64,000 nucleotides of DNA from an uncultured Acidobacteriaceae bacterium (GTDB taxonomy: Bacteria; Acidobacteriota; Terriglobia; Terriglobales; Acidobacteriaceae). The stretch's first letter is position 1; the number at the start of each line of letters is the position of its first letter. A program made the translations under genes and the position numbers. The notes beneath the pieces were generated by a model that was not told the DNA's origin, did no database searches, and saw only the letters and a program-made list of their open reading frames with translations. The stretch is taken from the NCBI GenBank assembly GCA_963724965.1, contig CAVRWP010000012.1, positions 21,219 to 85,218 of the forward strand, given 5' to 3'. Below, in pieces: positions 42,260 through 51,660 of the stretch.

Positions 42260-44061
42260 TTAGAACGTCTTGCCAACCGCCATCAGCAGGTGCTCGAGAA
42301 TCGGAGCCAGGCTGAGTGCGGGGAAAAAGGTCAACGCGCCGACGATGAGGATCACGCCGATCAGCAACGCGCTGAACAGCGGCGTGGTTACCGGAAACGT
42401 TCCCAGCGACGGCGGAACATATTTCTTCTGCGCCAGATTGCCGGCGATGGCCAGCATCGGGATGATCATGAAGAAGCGGCCGATCAGCATGTCGAAGCCG
42501 ATGCTGTTGTCGTACCACGGTGTGTTGACAGTCAGGCCCGCGAACGCCGACCCGTTGTTTCCGGCGCCGGAGACGTACGCATACAGCATCTGGCTCAACC
42601 CATGCGGCCCGGGATTGCTGATGCCCGACGTACCAAAACTGTGCACCGCTGCAATCCCCGTGAAAGCATCAGGATCATCAGCGGAAACACCAGAGCTACC
42701 AGCATCGCCATCTTCACGTCATAGGCTTCAATCTTCTTGCCCAGATACTCTGGCGTTCGGCCGACCATGAGTCCGGCGATGAACACCGCCAGCACGACGT
42801 AAATCAAAATGCCGTACATGCCCGCCCCAACGCCGCCGAAGATGACTTCGCTGAGCATGATGTTGACCAGCGGAACCATTCCGCCGAGCGGCGTGAACGA
42901 GTCGTGCCAGCTATTGATGGCCCCGCAGCTAGCGTCGGTCGTCACCGTGGCAAACAGTGCTGAGTTGGTGATACCGAAGCGAACTTCCTTGCCTTCCATG
43001 TTGCCGCCCGCCTGCATGGCAGTGACGTGTTGATTCACGCCGTGCAACAGCGGATTGCCACGCGCCTCAGCCCAATACGCGACGCTCACACCGGCGAAGA
43101 AGAGGATGGCCATCGCTCCCCATACTGCCCAGCCGTGCGCCTGAGAGCCGGTCATGCGTCCCAGCGTGTAGGTAAGTCCCGCCGATATGGCGAAGATCGA
43201 GAACAGCTCGATCAGATTCGTCAGCGGTGTGGGATTCTCGAAAGGATGGGAGCTGTTGGCGTTGAAGAAGCCGCCGCCGTTCGTGCCCCACTCCTTGATA
43301 ATCTCCTGCGACGCCACCGGACCTTGCGCGACACTCTGCGTGGTGACGGTATCCATCACCGGCTTGCCGCTGGCATCGACCGCAGGCTTGCCGTCGGCAT
43401 TCACGTGCTGCACCTGCTGCGCCTCCACCAGCTTCACCGTGTCATAAGGCTTCAGGTTCTGCACTACGCCCTGCGAAACCAGCAGCAGCGCGCCGACAAT
43501 CGAGAACGGCAGCAGCACCCACAGGGTCGAGCGAACCATGTCGACCCAGAAGTTGCCAATGGTCTGCATCTGCCGCCGCGCGATGCCGCGAATGAAGGCG
43601 ATCGCCAAGGCGATGCCTGTCGCCGCTGAAGCAAAGTTGTGATACGCGAGGCCAGCCATCTGGGTGAAATAGCTCATCGTGCTCTCACCCGAGTACGCCT
43701 GCCAGTTGGTATTGGTCGTGAACGATGCCGCCGTGTTCCATGCCAGATGCTCCGGCAACACCCCCGCAAACTTCTGAGGATTGAACGGCAGATGCAACTG
43801 GATTCTCTGGATCAGGTACAGCAGCAGCATCGACACCACGCTGAACAGCAGCATCGAAGCGGCGTACTCCGTCCAGCGCATCTCGTGACTCTCGTCCACG
43901 CCGCACAGGCGATACACCAGGCGCTCCACCGGACGAAGCACCGGATCCAGGAACGTCTTCTCTCGGTTGAACACCCGCGTCATGAAAACCCCCATGGGTT
44001 TCGTGACCGCGAGGATCAGCGCCAGGAAAAACAGAATTTGAAACCACCCATTGCCCGTCAT
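42260..44061 (-). pseudogene. kdpA: K+-transporting ATPase subunit A, one frame disruption
   Basis: ORF 42595..44061 (488 aa) and ORF 42260..42646 ([29 protein letters not shown]) join as ...[29 protein letters not shown] if 1 nt is restored at about 42665-42668. Confidence 0.9.
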
Positions 44062-44062
44062 G

Positions 44063-44152
44063 TCAGAACTTCTCCGGCCGCAGCAGCGCGTAGAAGAGGT
44101 ACACCATGGTCACCGCGCAAATGGCCAGCATGATGATCGATTCTGTATGCAT
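44063..44152 (-). CDS. kdpF: K+-transporting ATPase subunit F (29 aa)
   Basis: Unlisted micro-[32 protein letters not shown]. The [10 protein letters not shown]-terminus is the KdpF signature. Its stop is 1 nt before the kdpA ATG. Confidence 0.8.
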   Translation of the reverse strand: MHTESIIMLAICAVTMVYLFYALLRPEKF

Positions 44153-44160
44153 AAGTTCCC

Positions 44161-44247
44161 TCACTTAACCCGGTCGCAGAAGTACACGTACCCCAGCGAC
44201 AGTGCGAAGAAGGCGATGGTGATTACGACATAGAAAGCATCTTGCAT
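44161..44247 (-). CDS. 28-aa hydrophobic micro-ORF upstream of kdpF (possible additional Kdp peptide)
   Basis: MQDAFYVVITIAFFALSLGYVYFCDRVK has one TM. It lies 8 nt upstream of kdpF and 18 nt downstream of the porin stop. Confidence 0.4.
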   Translation of the reverse strand: MQDAFYVVITIAFFALSLGYVYFCDRVK

Positions 44248-44265
44248 CGCGTTACTCCTGTTTCG

Positions 44266-45724
44266 TTACCACGGCCCCTGTTTGCGGCCGAACCACCAGA
44301 TCACTCCCAGCGTGGCCGTGTTCTGGTTGGTGCTGTACACGCCCTGATTACCCGTGAGAAAAATTGGCTGATTCGACATGTCGCGGCGGTACTCCCAGCG
44401 CATATCAAAGCCACTAGCGAGCTGAAAATCATACGTTGCAGTAACCTCTTTCAGTGCCTCGGTGTATGCGGTGATTCCGGTGAACAAGCCACCGTTGTCA
44501 TTCAGATACTCCGTTCTACCTGCCAGGTAGGTGCGGGGCGTCAGTTGATACTTCGCGTAGGCCGCGCCGCCCCACACATCCGACGGCGGCGTCAGCACGC
44601 CCGGCATCCCGAGCCGCTGGATGACGTAGTCGCCCTCCAGCGTAAAGCCCAGTTTCGGCGTCGCCTGCCACGTCACGTAGCTGTCGAAAATGTTGATCTT
44701 GCCGTTGGGCGCCGGACTGACCTGCTGGAAGCACAGACCCGGCTGCACCGGCACTGGCCCACAGCTAGCCACAGGAACGGCGTTGGGATGTTCCTGCCCG
44801 AGGTAGTAGTTGATCGTCCAACTGACGTTCTTATTGGGCGTAACCACCAGTCCGAACAACTCATCTTTGAAACCGTTCGTCGGCTCGGTTTGGTTGGTTC
44901 CATTCACCAGCCAGTAGTTCAGCGCCAGCTTCTTGTTCACGGCGTAAGAGACACGCGCGCCCATATGGTAGAAGGGCAGATAGTTGAACCAGTACGAACG
45001 GCTGTAGTTGATCTGATACTGCGTGTAGTTGCCTTCCACGCCCAGCGAGCTCGCCCACTTTCCAAAATCAACCGTCAGCCCGCTGCCCAGCGGCACAACA
45101 TACGTTCCGTACGCCTGGAAGATGTTGCGATAAATGTCCGGACGCGGCTCAACCAAGGGATTACCTTGCAGCGTTGCCGTCGCCTGCCCGAACTGCAGAT
45201 CCAGGCGGCCGCCGTAGCGCCGTCCGTCGGCAACATCCGGCGCGCGCTCCACGATAAGGTCGGCCTGATTCAAGCTGAACGCGTTGCTGCTCACGTCATA
45301 GGCGCGCAGCAAGTTCACCCGGCCGACAGGATCGTTAAAGTTGTACTCGTAGTAGCCGTCGACCATGGCGTTGATGGTCGTACCCTTCCAGTAATCGAGC
45401 AGGCTGCGGTCCTCGGTAGTCAGCGTCGCAGGCGCGGGCGCCAGATTCGAAGACTGCACGTCGGCCGTATTGTGCTCCGCCGGATCTGCCGCCGCAGGCG
45501 CCGGAGGCGTCCCCATCGCCGCCTTCATCTCTTTCACTTGCTCCCGCAACTCTTCCACCTCCGACTCCAGTTGCTGCACATGCTGCTGCAACACCTGATT
45601 CGAGTCGGGAGACGGCTTGTCCCGAATTCGCCTGTTGCGCGTTCATCGGAACCACGATGCCCATCATCAGAGCCACAATGCCTTTCGCAAACCAACCGCT
45701 CGTGCGACCGATCTCACCAGCCAC
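44266..45724 (-). pseudogene. outer-membrane beta-barrel porin (bbp2/OmpL-like) with N-terminal coiled coil, one frame disruption
   Basis: The AAGGAGG RBS, GTG 45724 and signal peptide (FAKGIVALMMGIVVPMNAQQ) lie in ORF 45335..45742. The barrel lies in ORF 44266..45594 and ends ...GVIWWFGRKQGPW. The junction is at the C/G run 45621-45624. Confidence 0.75.
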
Positions 45725-45845
45725 GGAACACCTCCTTCGCACACCTGACCAGCCAGCGCGCCTTCCAGGATGTCCGGCGCAGGCTAGGCGCTCGCGCCGG
45801 AGGTGTCCATTATGTATCTGCGGTGCAAACCGTCCTCACCAGCGT

Positions 45846-47444
45846 CTAGAACATCACCAGCAGCGCCCCGGTCATCCGGTTCTCGCTCTTCACCAGGTCG
45901 GGTGACCAGCCGGGGACCAGAGCTCCCGGATCGCCGTTGTTGCCGCCCGGGGGCGTCACGCCGCCGGATCCCGCAAAGTACGGAACGTTGGCAGCGCGAT
46001 GGTTGTACTCCAAACGGAAGGTGATGTACTGGGACGGCATGTAGTCGACCGTCGTCGATACATCCCACGCCTTGAAAGGATCGCCGGGGTTTTCCGTGAA
46101 GTAGGGCGTTCCGGACTCGGCCGTCGCACCGTTGATCGGCGGCAGCAGCACCAGGTAACGTCCCGGATTGTTGATCTGCCCTCCACCGAGCGTGAGCGCG
46201 TAAAGATTCTTGTGGAACCAGAGCCGGTTGTAGACCATGTAGCCGAGGAAGCTCTGCTTTGGTCCCTTCGCGGAGTCGCCCGCGCAACTCACGCCGCCGC
46301 CGTGCTCGCAACCCATGTCTCCGGTGATTGAGAACGCAGCCATGGAAAGGAAGCGGGACGGGTTCTGGTAATACTTCACCTGAATGCTGTCGTCGGTGTG
46401 ATAGCGCACACGGCCGGGCACGCCCAGCGTGTCTTCGCCCAGCGCATACTGGTTGCCTACAAACTCAAACCATCCGGTCGGTCGCCACAGAATCTGTCCG
46501 CCAACTCCCGGCCGATGATTGAAGCGGCCATACGACTGCCAGCCATTGATCAGCCACGGCTCGATCTTCAGCTTGTCGCTGGTGTAGATCTGCACGCGCA
46601 TGCCATTGAAGAACCACGGCGTATTCGAAGAAACGTAAGACGGCTGATAAGCCCAGTTGTCGAAGTTGTAGTAGCTGAACAGGCCGATGTACGACATGAA
46701 AATTCCAGCTTCGATGTTGATGCCGTCCAGCGCATTGATGTGATACCCGCCGTACGCTTCGGAGATGTAACGGTACGCGTCGTTCAGCTGCCACTGGCCG
46801 CGTGCCGGACTGGCGTCGTTACGCGGCGTCGTTTGCGAGTACATGCCGAACTGCGTCATGACCCGGGCGAGCACATTGTCGTAGTGAAAATCGCCGCCTA
46901 CGCCCAGTTGCGTGACCTGAAATTCATTGGCGCGGAAAATTTCGCTCGATCCGCTGATGGTGTCGTCCTGCGGATGATTGAAGCTGTAGGTGTAGTCGAC
47001 GTCGGCGCGAATCTCGGGCGTGAAGAACGCATTCTGGAACGGAACTTCCGTAACGCGGCTGTTGCCGTTCAACCAGCTGAAGTCGGCGAACGAGAATGGA
47101 TCGGGCTTCTGCTTTTTCGCCAGGCTGCTCTCCGGCGAGACGCCGCCTTGCGGTACGGTGGCCACCGAGCTCTGCTCCACGACCGAGTGCGCCGGCGAGG
47201 AACTCATTCCGTCGGCCGTCGGAGCAGGCGCCGGCCGCTGCTGAAGCTGCTGCTCCAGTTGGTCGATGCGCTTCTGCATCGCTTCCAGTTGCTTGGCAAC
47301 CGCCGGCGGAATCGACTGGTCTGAGCTGGCGGCGGCCTGTGAGTTCGAATCGCTCTGCGCCTGCGCCTTCATAACAGGCGCGGCAGCAAGCAGGATCAAC
47401 AGCATCGCAATCGTTCGCCCATGGACCGACAGGAACTCGGCCAT
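45846..47444 (-). CDS. outer-membrane beta-barrel porin (bbp2/OmpL-like) with N-terminal coiled coil
   Basis: Start MAEFLSVHGRTIAMLLILLAAAPVMKAQAQ (signal peptide), then coiled coil AKQLEAMQKRIDQLEQQLQQ, then alternating aromatic beta-strands ending ...GALLVMF. The ORF is open in frame up to 47636 (see findings). Confidence 0.8.
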   Translation of the reverse strand: MAEFLSVHGRTIAMLLILLAAAPVMKAQAQSDSNSQAAASSDQSIPPAVAKQLEAMQKRIDQLEQQLQQRPAPAPTADGMSSSPAHSVVEQSSVATVPQGGVSPESSLAKKQKPDPFSFADFSWLNGNSRVTEVPFQNAFFTPEIRADVDYTYSFNHPQDDTISGSSEIFRANEFQVTQLGVGGDFHYDNVLARVMTQFGMYSQTTPRNDASPARGQWQLNDAYRYISEAYGGYHINALDGINIEAGIFMSYIGLFSYYNFDNWAYQPSYVSSNTPWFFNGMRVQIYTSDKLKIEPWLINGWQSYGRFNHRPGVGGQILWRPTGWFEFVGNQYALGEDTLGVPGRVRYHTDDSIQVKYYQNPSRFLSMAAFSITGDMGCEHGGGVSCAGDSAKGPKQSFLGYMVYNRLWFHKNLYALTLGGGQINNPGRYLVLLPPINGATAESGTPYFTENPGDPFKAWDVSTTVDYMPSQYITFRLEYNHRAANVPYFAGSGGVTPPGGNNGDPGALVPGWSPDLVKSENRMTGALLVMF

Positions 47445-47694
47445 CTGCCCTTCCAGGTGGACGAAAAAACGGCGGCCGCAAGCTGAGTCGACCGCCAGCG
47501 ATTCCGGTAGTTTGTGTACCACTGGTGTCTTCAGCTTGCGCCTGCCAACCTCGCTGGTCGGCAAGGAACAAGCCACCAAAAACACCGCAAAAAATACAAT
47601 AGAAACTGCGCAGATCAATGAAAACAATGTCGTCATGAATCCTCGTTACACACGTCGGTGCGCGTGCTCTCGGCCAATTCATTGGAGCACTCGA

Positions 47695-47736
47695 GGTATA
47701 AACGTCGACTAAAGAGTCCGTAAGTTTTTCGTAAAG
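47695..47736 (-). promoter_or_regulatory. candidate promoter of the porin-kdp cluster with OmpR/KdpE-type direct-repeat box
   Basis: The minus strand reads CTTTACGAAAAACTTACGG, a 17-nt spacer, then TATACC. The 18-mer at 47719-47736 is identical to 5983-6000. Confidence 0.45.
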
Positions 47737-47769
47737 GAAGAACGGGTCACAACGAAGCCCGTGCTCGAG

Positions 47770-47828
47770 TTGTCATCCTCAGCAAAGTGAGGAAGCGCAG
47801 CCGCCGAACGCAGTCCGAGGATCTGCGG
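47770..47828. repeat. solo family B repeat unit
   Basis: ttgtcatcctcagcaaagtgaggaagcgcag...gaggatctgcgg is related to the arms at 21121 and 18800. Confidence 0.5.
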
Positions 47829-47859
47829 TTTCCTCAGCGGTACGAATCTTGGCTGAGTG

Positions 47860-48789
47860 CTAGTCGCTTCGTTTATTCGCGTGAGGATGCGTTTTGTCAT
47901 ACACATCCATCACATGTTTGACCGTGAGCTGGGTATAGCGCTGGGTGGTGGAGAGCCGCTCGTGGCCGAGCATCTCCTGGATGGCTCGCAGGTCCGCGCC
48001 TTCTTCCAGCATGTGCGTGCCGAAGGCGTGGCGCAGCGTGTGCGGATGAACGTCCGGCGACAGGCCGCGGGCAACTGCGATCTGCTTGACGATGCGTCCG
48101 ACGCTGCGCGTCGTCAGCCGTGAGCCGCGCAGATTGATGAGCAGCGCTCGTTCAGTCGTATGTTTGGTCTCGCCAATTACTCGTTGCCGCGCCGGCAAGT
48201 AGGCCTGCACGGCCGCTTTGGCGGAGTTGCCAAATGGGACGTAACGTTCTTTGCGGCCTTTGCCGCGCACCAGGATCATTTCGTTCGACCAGCGAATGTC
48301 GTCGAGGTTAATGCCGATCAGCTCAGAGTTACGAATTCCGCAGCCGTAGAGCAGCTCAAGGATGACCTGATCGCGCTCGTTGAACGCAGAGCACTCCGGC
48401 ATGTCGGCATCAAGAACGGTATTGACCTCTTCGATGGTCGGCACACGCGGCAGCTTCTTCGGCAGCTTGGGCGTCGCGACCAGTGCTGCAGGATTCTGCT
48501 CGACTTCGCCTTCCTGCGCCAGCCACCGGTACAGCGATCGCAACGCCGCCAGCGCGCGCGCGACCGAAGTCTTGCTCAGGCCGCGCTCATAGAGATTCGC
48601 CAGATACCCGCGGATGAGAACGTGATCGATGTCGCGCCAGCCTTGCGGACCCACATAGTCGGCGAAGTTCGCCAGGTCCGTGCGATAGGCCTTAATGGTA
48701 TGCGGCGAAGCATTGCGCTCTTCCAGCGAGCGAATGAACTTCGCAATAGCCTTCTCGACAATGCTGGCGCCGTGTTTGGTCATGATCAC
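47860..48789 (-). CDS. xerC: tyrosine recombinase XerC-like
   Basis: Catalytic residues seen: CGIRNSEL (Arg), [10 protein letters not shown] (His-x-x-Arg) and [13 protein letters not shown] (His, Tyr). N-terminal SAM-like domain is [12 protein letters not shown]. Confidence 0.85.
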   Translation of the reverse strand: MIMTKHGASIVEKAIAKFIRSLEERNASPHTIKAYRTDLANFADYVGPQGWRDIDHVLIRGYLANLYERGLSKTSVARALAALRSLYRWLAQEGEVEQNPAALVATPKLPKKLPRVPTIEEVNTVLDADMPECSAFNERDQVILELLYGCGIRNSELIGINLDDIRWSNEMILVRGKGRKERYVPFGNSAKAAVQAYLPARQRVIGETKHTTERALLINLRGSRLTTRSVGRIVKQIAVARGLSPDVHPHTLRHAFGTHMLEEGADLRAIQEMLGHERLSTTQRYTQLTVKHVMDVYDKTHPHANKRSD

Positions 48790-48867
48790 TTGCTACCTCC
48801 CGCGTCCTTCACTGTTGTCATCACGAGGAGACCGTCATGGTCGACGAGGGATCTGCTTTTTCTTGCG

Positions 48868-49869
48868 TCAGCGCGTTCCCTTCCCCCGCGGATGATGCGC
48901 CTTGTACACCTTGTTCAGTCGATCCAATGCCAGATGTGTATAAACCTGGGTCGTCGAAATATCCGCGTGGCCGAGAATCGTTTGTACCGTGCGCAAATCT
49001 GCTCCGTTCTCCACCATGTGCGTCGCGCAACTGTGGCGCAGCATGTGCGGGCTGGCATGACGAGACTGCGCTGACGCCGCGCTCACCATCTGCCACACGC
49101 GTTGCCGAGTGATTCCACGCGCTCCGCGGGCGATGAAGAGAAATGGCGACGACTTCCCTGCTGCCAGGACCGTCCGACGCGATTCGTAGATATTCCTGGA
49201 CGATGTCCTGCGCGGCACGGCCCAGCGGAACGATGCGTTCCTTGTCTCCTTTGCCGTGCACCAGCACGTATCCCAGCTCAAGCTTCAGGTCTTCGAGCTT
49301 CAGATGAACGACTTCCGAAACGCGCAGCGCACCCGCATAGAAAACTTCCAGCATGGCGCGATCGCGCGCGGAAAGTGCCTGCGACAGGCTGTCGTCTTTC
49401 GCTGCGGAGCGGCCTTTTAAGACGCTCTCGACTTCATCCGATGCCAGCGACTTGGGCAGGACCTTCCATTGACGCGGGGTGTCGATATTCAAAGTCGGAT
49501 CGGCGGTGATGTAGCGATCCAGCAGCAGGTACTTGTAAAGGTGCCGCAGCGCCGAAAGTTTGCGCGCCACGCTGCGCCCCTCGACGCCGTTGCTGAGCAG
49601 CGCATTCAGGAAGTCGCGAACGTCCTGCCGGCGCGCGTCTTTCAGCCCGCGTTTACGTTTCAGCAGGAATTCCGAGTACTGCTCAAGTCGGAGCGATAGG
49701 CCGAGACACTCAGCGGCGCCAAGCCTTTCTCAACTTTCAGATAGTCGAGAAAGGAGTTCAGCAGCCGCAGATTGGGATCGGCACTCTGCACAAAGTGAGT
49801 ATGAGGCAGGAGATTGGCGGCGGGAATAGCGACGTGGATACGTGAGGACGCGCAGCATTGTCGCCGCAA
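48868..49869 (-). pseudogene. xerD: tyrosine recombinase XerD-like, two compensating frame disruptions
   Basis: N-terminus LLNSFLDYLKVEKGLAPLSVSAYRSDL (ORF 49660..49869), middle (ORF 48821..49570) and C-terminus [10 protein letters not shown]...[14 protein letters not shown] (ORF 48868..49281). The first and last pieces share a frame. Junctions are near 49676-49684 and 49181-49195. Confidence 0.8.
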
Positions 49870-49944
49870 GCTACCTGCAAAACAAACCCCGCCGCTTGCG
49901 CGACGGGCTGAAAAATTCCGCTCGGCCTTCGGCGACGCAACTCC

Positions 49945-51660
49945 CTATCTCTTCTTGCTCTTCTTCGCCGGCGCTTTCTTGGCAGGCTTTTTCGCCGGAG
50001 CAGCTTTTTCGCCGCCGGCTTTGTCGCCTTCTTCGCCGTCGCAGCTTTCTTGACGGCTTCTTTCGCTGGCGGGGCTCGTCTTCTCGGCCTTGGCCGGCGC
50101 CGCCGTCACGCGGGAGCAGCCTTCTTCTCCGCCTTCGCGGGAAGCTGACTTTTGCCGCAGCAGCGCTTAGCTTCCGGCTTCGCGGCAGTTTTAGCCAGCA
50201 TCTGCCACCGGAGCCGGCAGGCAGCTACCGGAGCAGCCGCGGGAGTGCCAGCGGAGGTGCAGCTGCTGCCTTTCGGCTTGCGTCCACGCTTAGCCGGAGC
50301 CGCCGGTGCTGCTCCGTTCGCCGGAGCTGCAGCCGCCGCAGCCTTGCCACGCCCGCGCTTCGGCGCCGGCGGCGGAGGTGGTGGTGGCGGCTCATACGGC
50401 TTCAGGAAGTTCACAATCTCGTTATGCGAGCGCAGCTTGCCGTCCAAGCAGCAACAGGAAGGCCTTCTCCGTAAGCTCGGGATACTCGGGTAGCTGCGAC
50501 GTAATGCGCATTTCCGCCATTTCGGGGAATGGCAATTTCTCTTTGACCTGGCGCCACTTTCCGAAGAAGTTCTTGATCTTCTGATCCACCGCCTGCTGGC
50601 GCGTGGTCAGGGTGAGAAATAAGATGTTCTCCGGTGCCGCCTGGGTCAGGATCTTCCAGGCGCCGGACGGCATTGCCGCTTCTTTGCCGGTAAGCTTCTT
50701 CGCCAGCTCGTGGGCGCCCTGCTCCAGGTGCTTCCACTTGTCGACGAAATCGCGCCGCGGAATCATCCGCTGAATGTCGCTGACGTCCTTATCGCTCATC
50801 TTCTTGGTCAGGAAGTACATCGCGATAGGGCCGGTCTCGACCAGATAGCCCAGCTCATTCATCTGCTGGCGCGCCTTCACCACCTGGCCAACGTCGGTGG
50901 CTTCCACCTTGGCCATGGTCCAGTGCGGATGAAGAATCTTGAGCCAGCCTTCTTTTTCGAGGGCGCGCATAACGTGCACGGGATCTTCCTCGTGCGCCAC
51001 CTGCTCCAGCTCGTAGCCGATCATGCGTTTGCCCAGATACTCGATGTAGTTGTTCTCTTTGGCAGCGTCGTACCGCGCCTGCGTACGCTCCTCCAGCGGC
51101 CAGTGGAAGCGCGCGCTCAACCGGGTGGCACGCAGCAGCCGAACCGGCTCCTCCAGGAAGGCATAGTTGTGCAGAATGCGCAGCACCTTGGCCTCGATGT
51201 CGGCGACGCCGTTGAATGGGTCAAGCAGCAGGCCGCGCGAGCCAGGATTCAACGAGAGCGCCATGGCGTTGACGGTAAAGTCGCGGCGGCGAAGGTCTTC
51301 GTTGATCGTGGCCGGCGTGATAACCGGGGGCTTGCCAGGTTTGTCGTAGACCTCACTGCGCGTCATGTTCAGCTCGGCGCGCACGTTCCTGGGCATAAGC
51401 AACTGGAGCGTCCGCAGGTCTTCGTCGACACCCTGCACCGAGATGCCAGCTTTCTCCAGTTCCTTCTGCAACTTAAGGGGATTTCCCTGGATGCTGAGAT
51501 CGATGTCTCGGATGGGGAAGCCAGTGATGAGGTCGCGAATGGTGCCGCCGGTAAGATACAGATTCAAACCGGCGCGGCGGGCAATTTCCTCTACCAGCTT
51601 CACACCAATCTGCTGATCCGGTGTGAGCCGGGTTTCCATGCTATAGATGTAGTCTGCCAT
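49945..51660 (-). pseudogene. class II nucleotidyltransferase (CCA-adding / poly(A) polymerase family) with Pro8 and Lys/Ala/Pro-rich C-terminal tail; tail frame broken several times
   Basis: GGTIRDLITGFPIRDIDL and RRDFTVNAMA head-domain motifs lie in the intact ORF 50422..51660. After a 1-nt correction at 50443-50447 the frame continues into DGKLRSHNEIVNFLKPYEPPPPPPPPAPKRGRGKAAAAAAP... The last frame ends ...KAAPAKKPAKKAPAKKSKKR before the TAG at 49945. Confidence 0.7.

Noticed and set aside
42595-42700. The kdpA frame break as programmed ribosomal frameshifting.
   Set aside because: There is no slippery heptamer or downstream structure. The same kind of 1-nt break occurs in many unrelated genes in the window.
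47445-47694. The 250-nt porin leader as a c-di-AMP (ydaO-type) or other riboswitch controlling K+ uptake genes.
   Set aside because: The two leader copies share no conserved RNA sequence or structure outside the promoter and the start-codon region. What is conserved is the character of the encoded peptide. I could not recognise the ydaO consensus.
50106-50447. ORF 50106..50447 (113 aa) as an independent histone-H1-like gene.
   Set aside because: It has no RBS. Its reading frame is the direct continuation of the nucleotidyltransferase ORF after a 1-nt correction at 50443-50447. Cys and Trp residues in its second half indicate further frame errors rather than a discrete gene.
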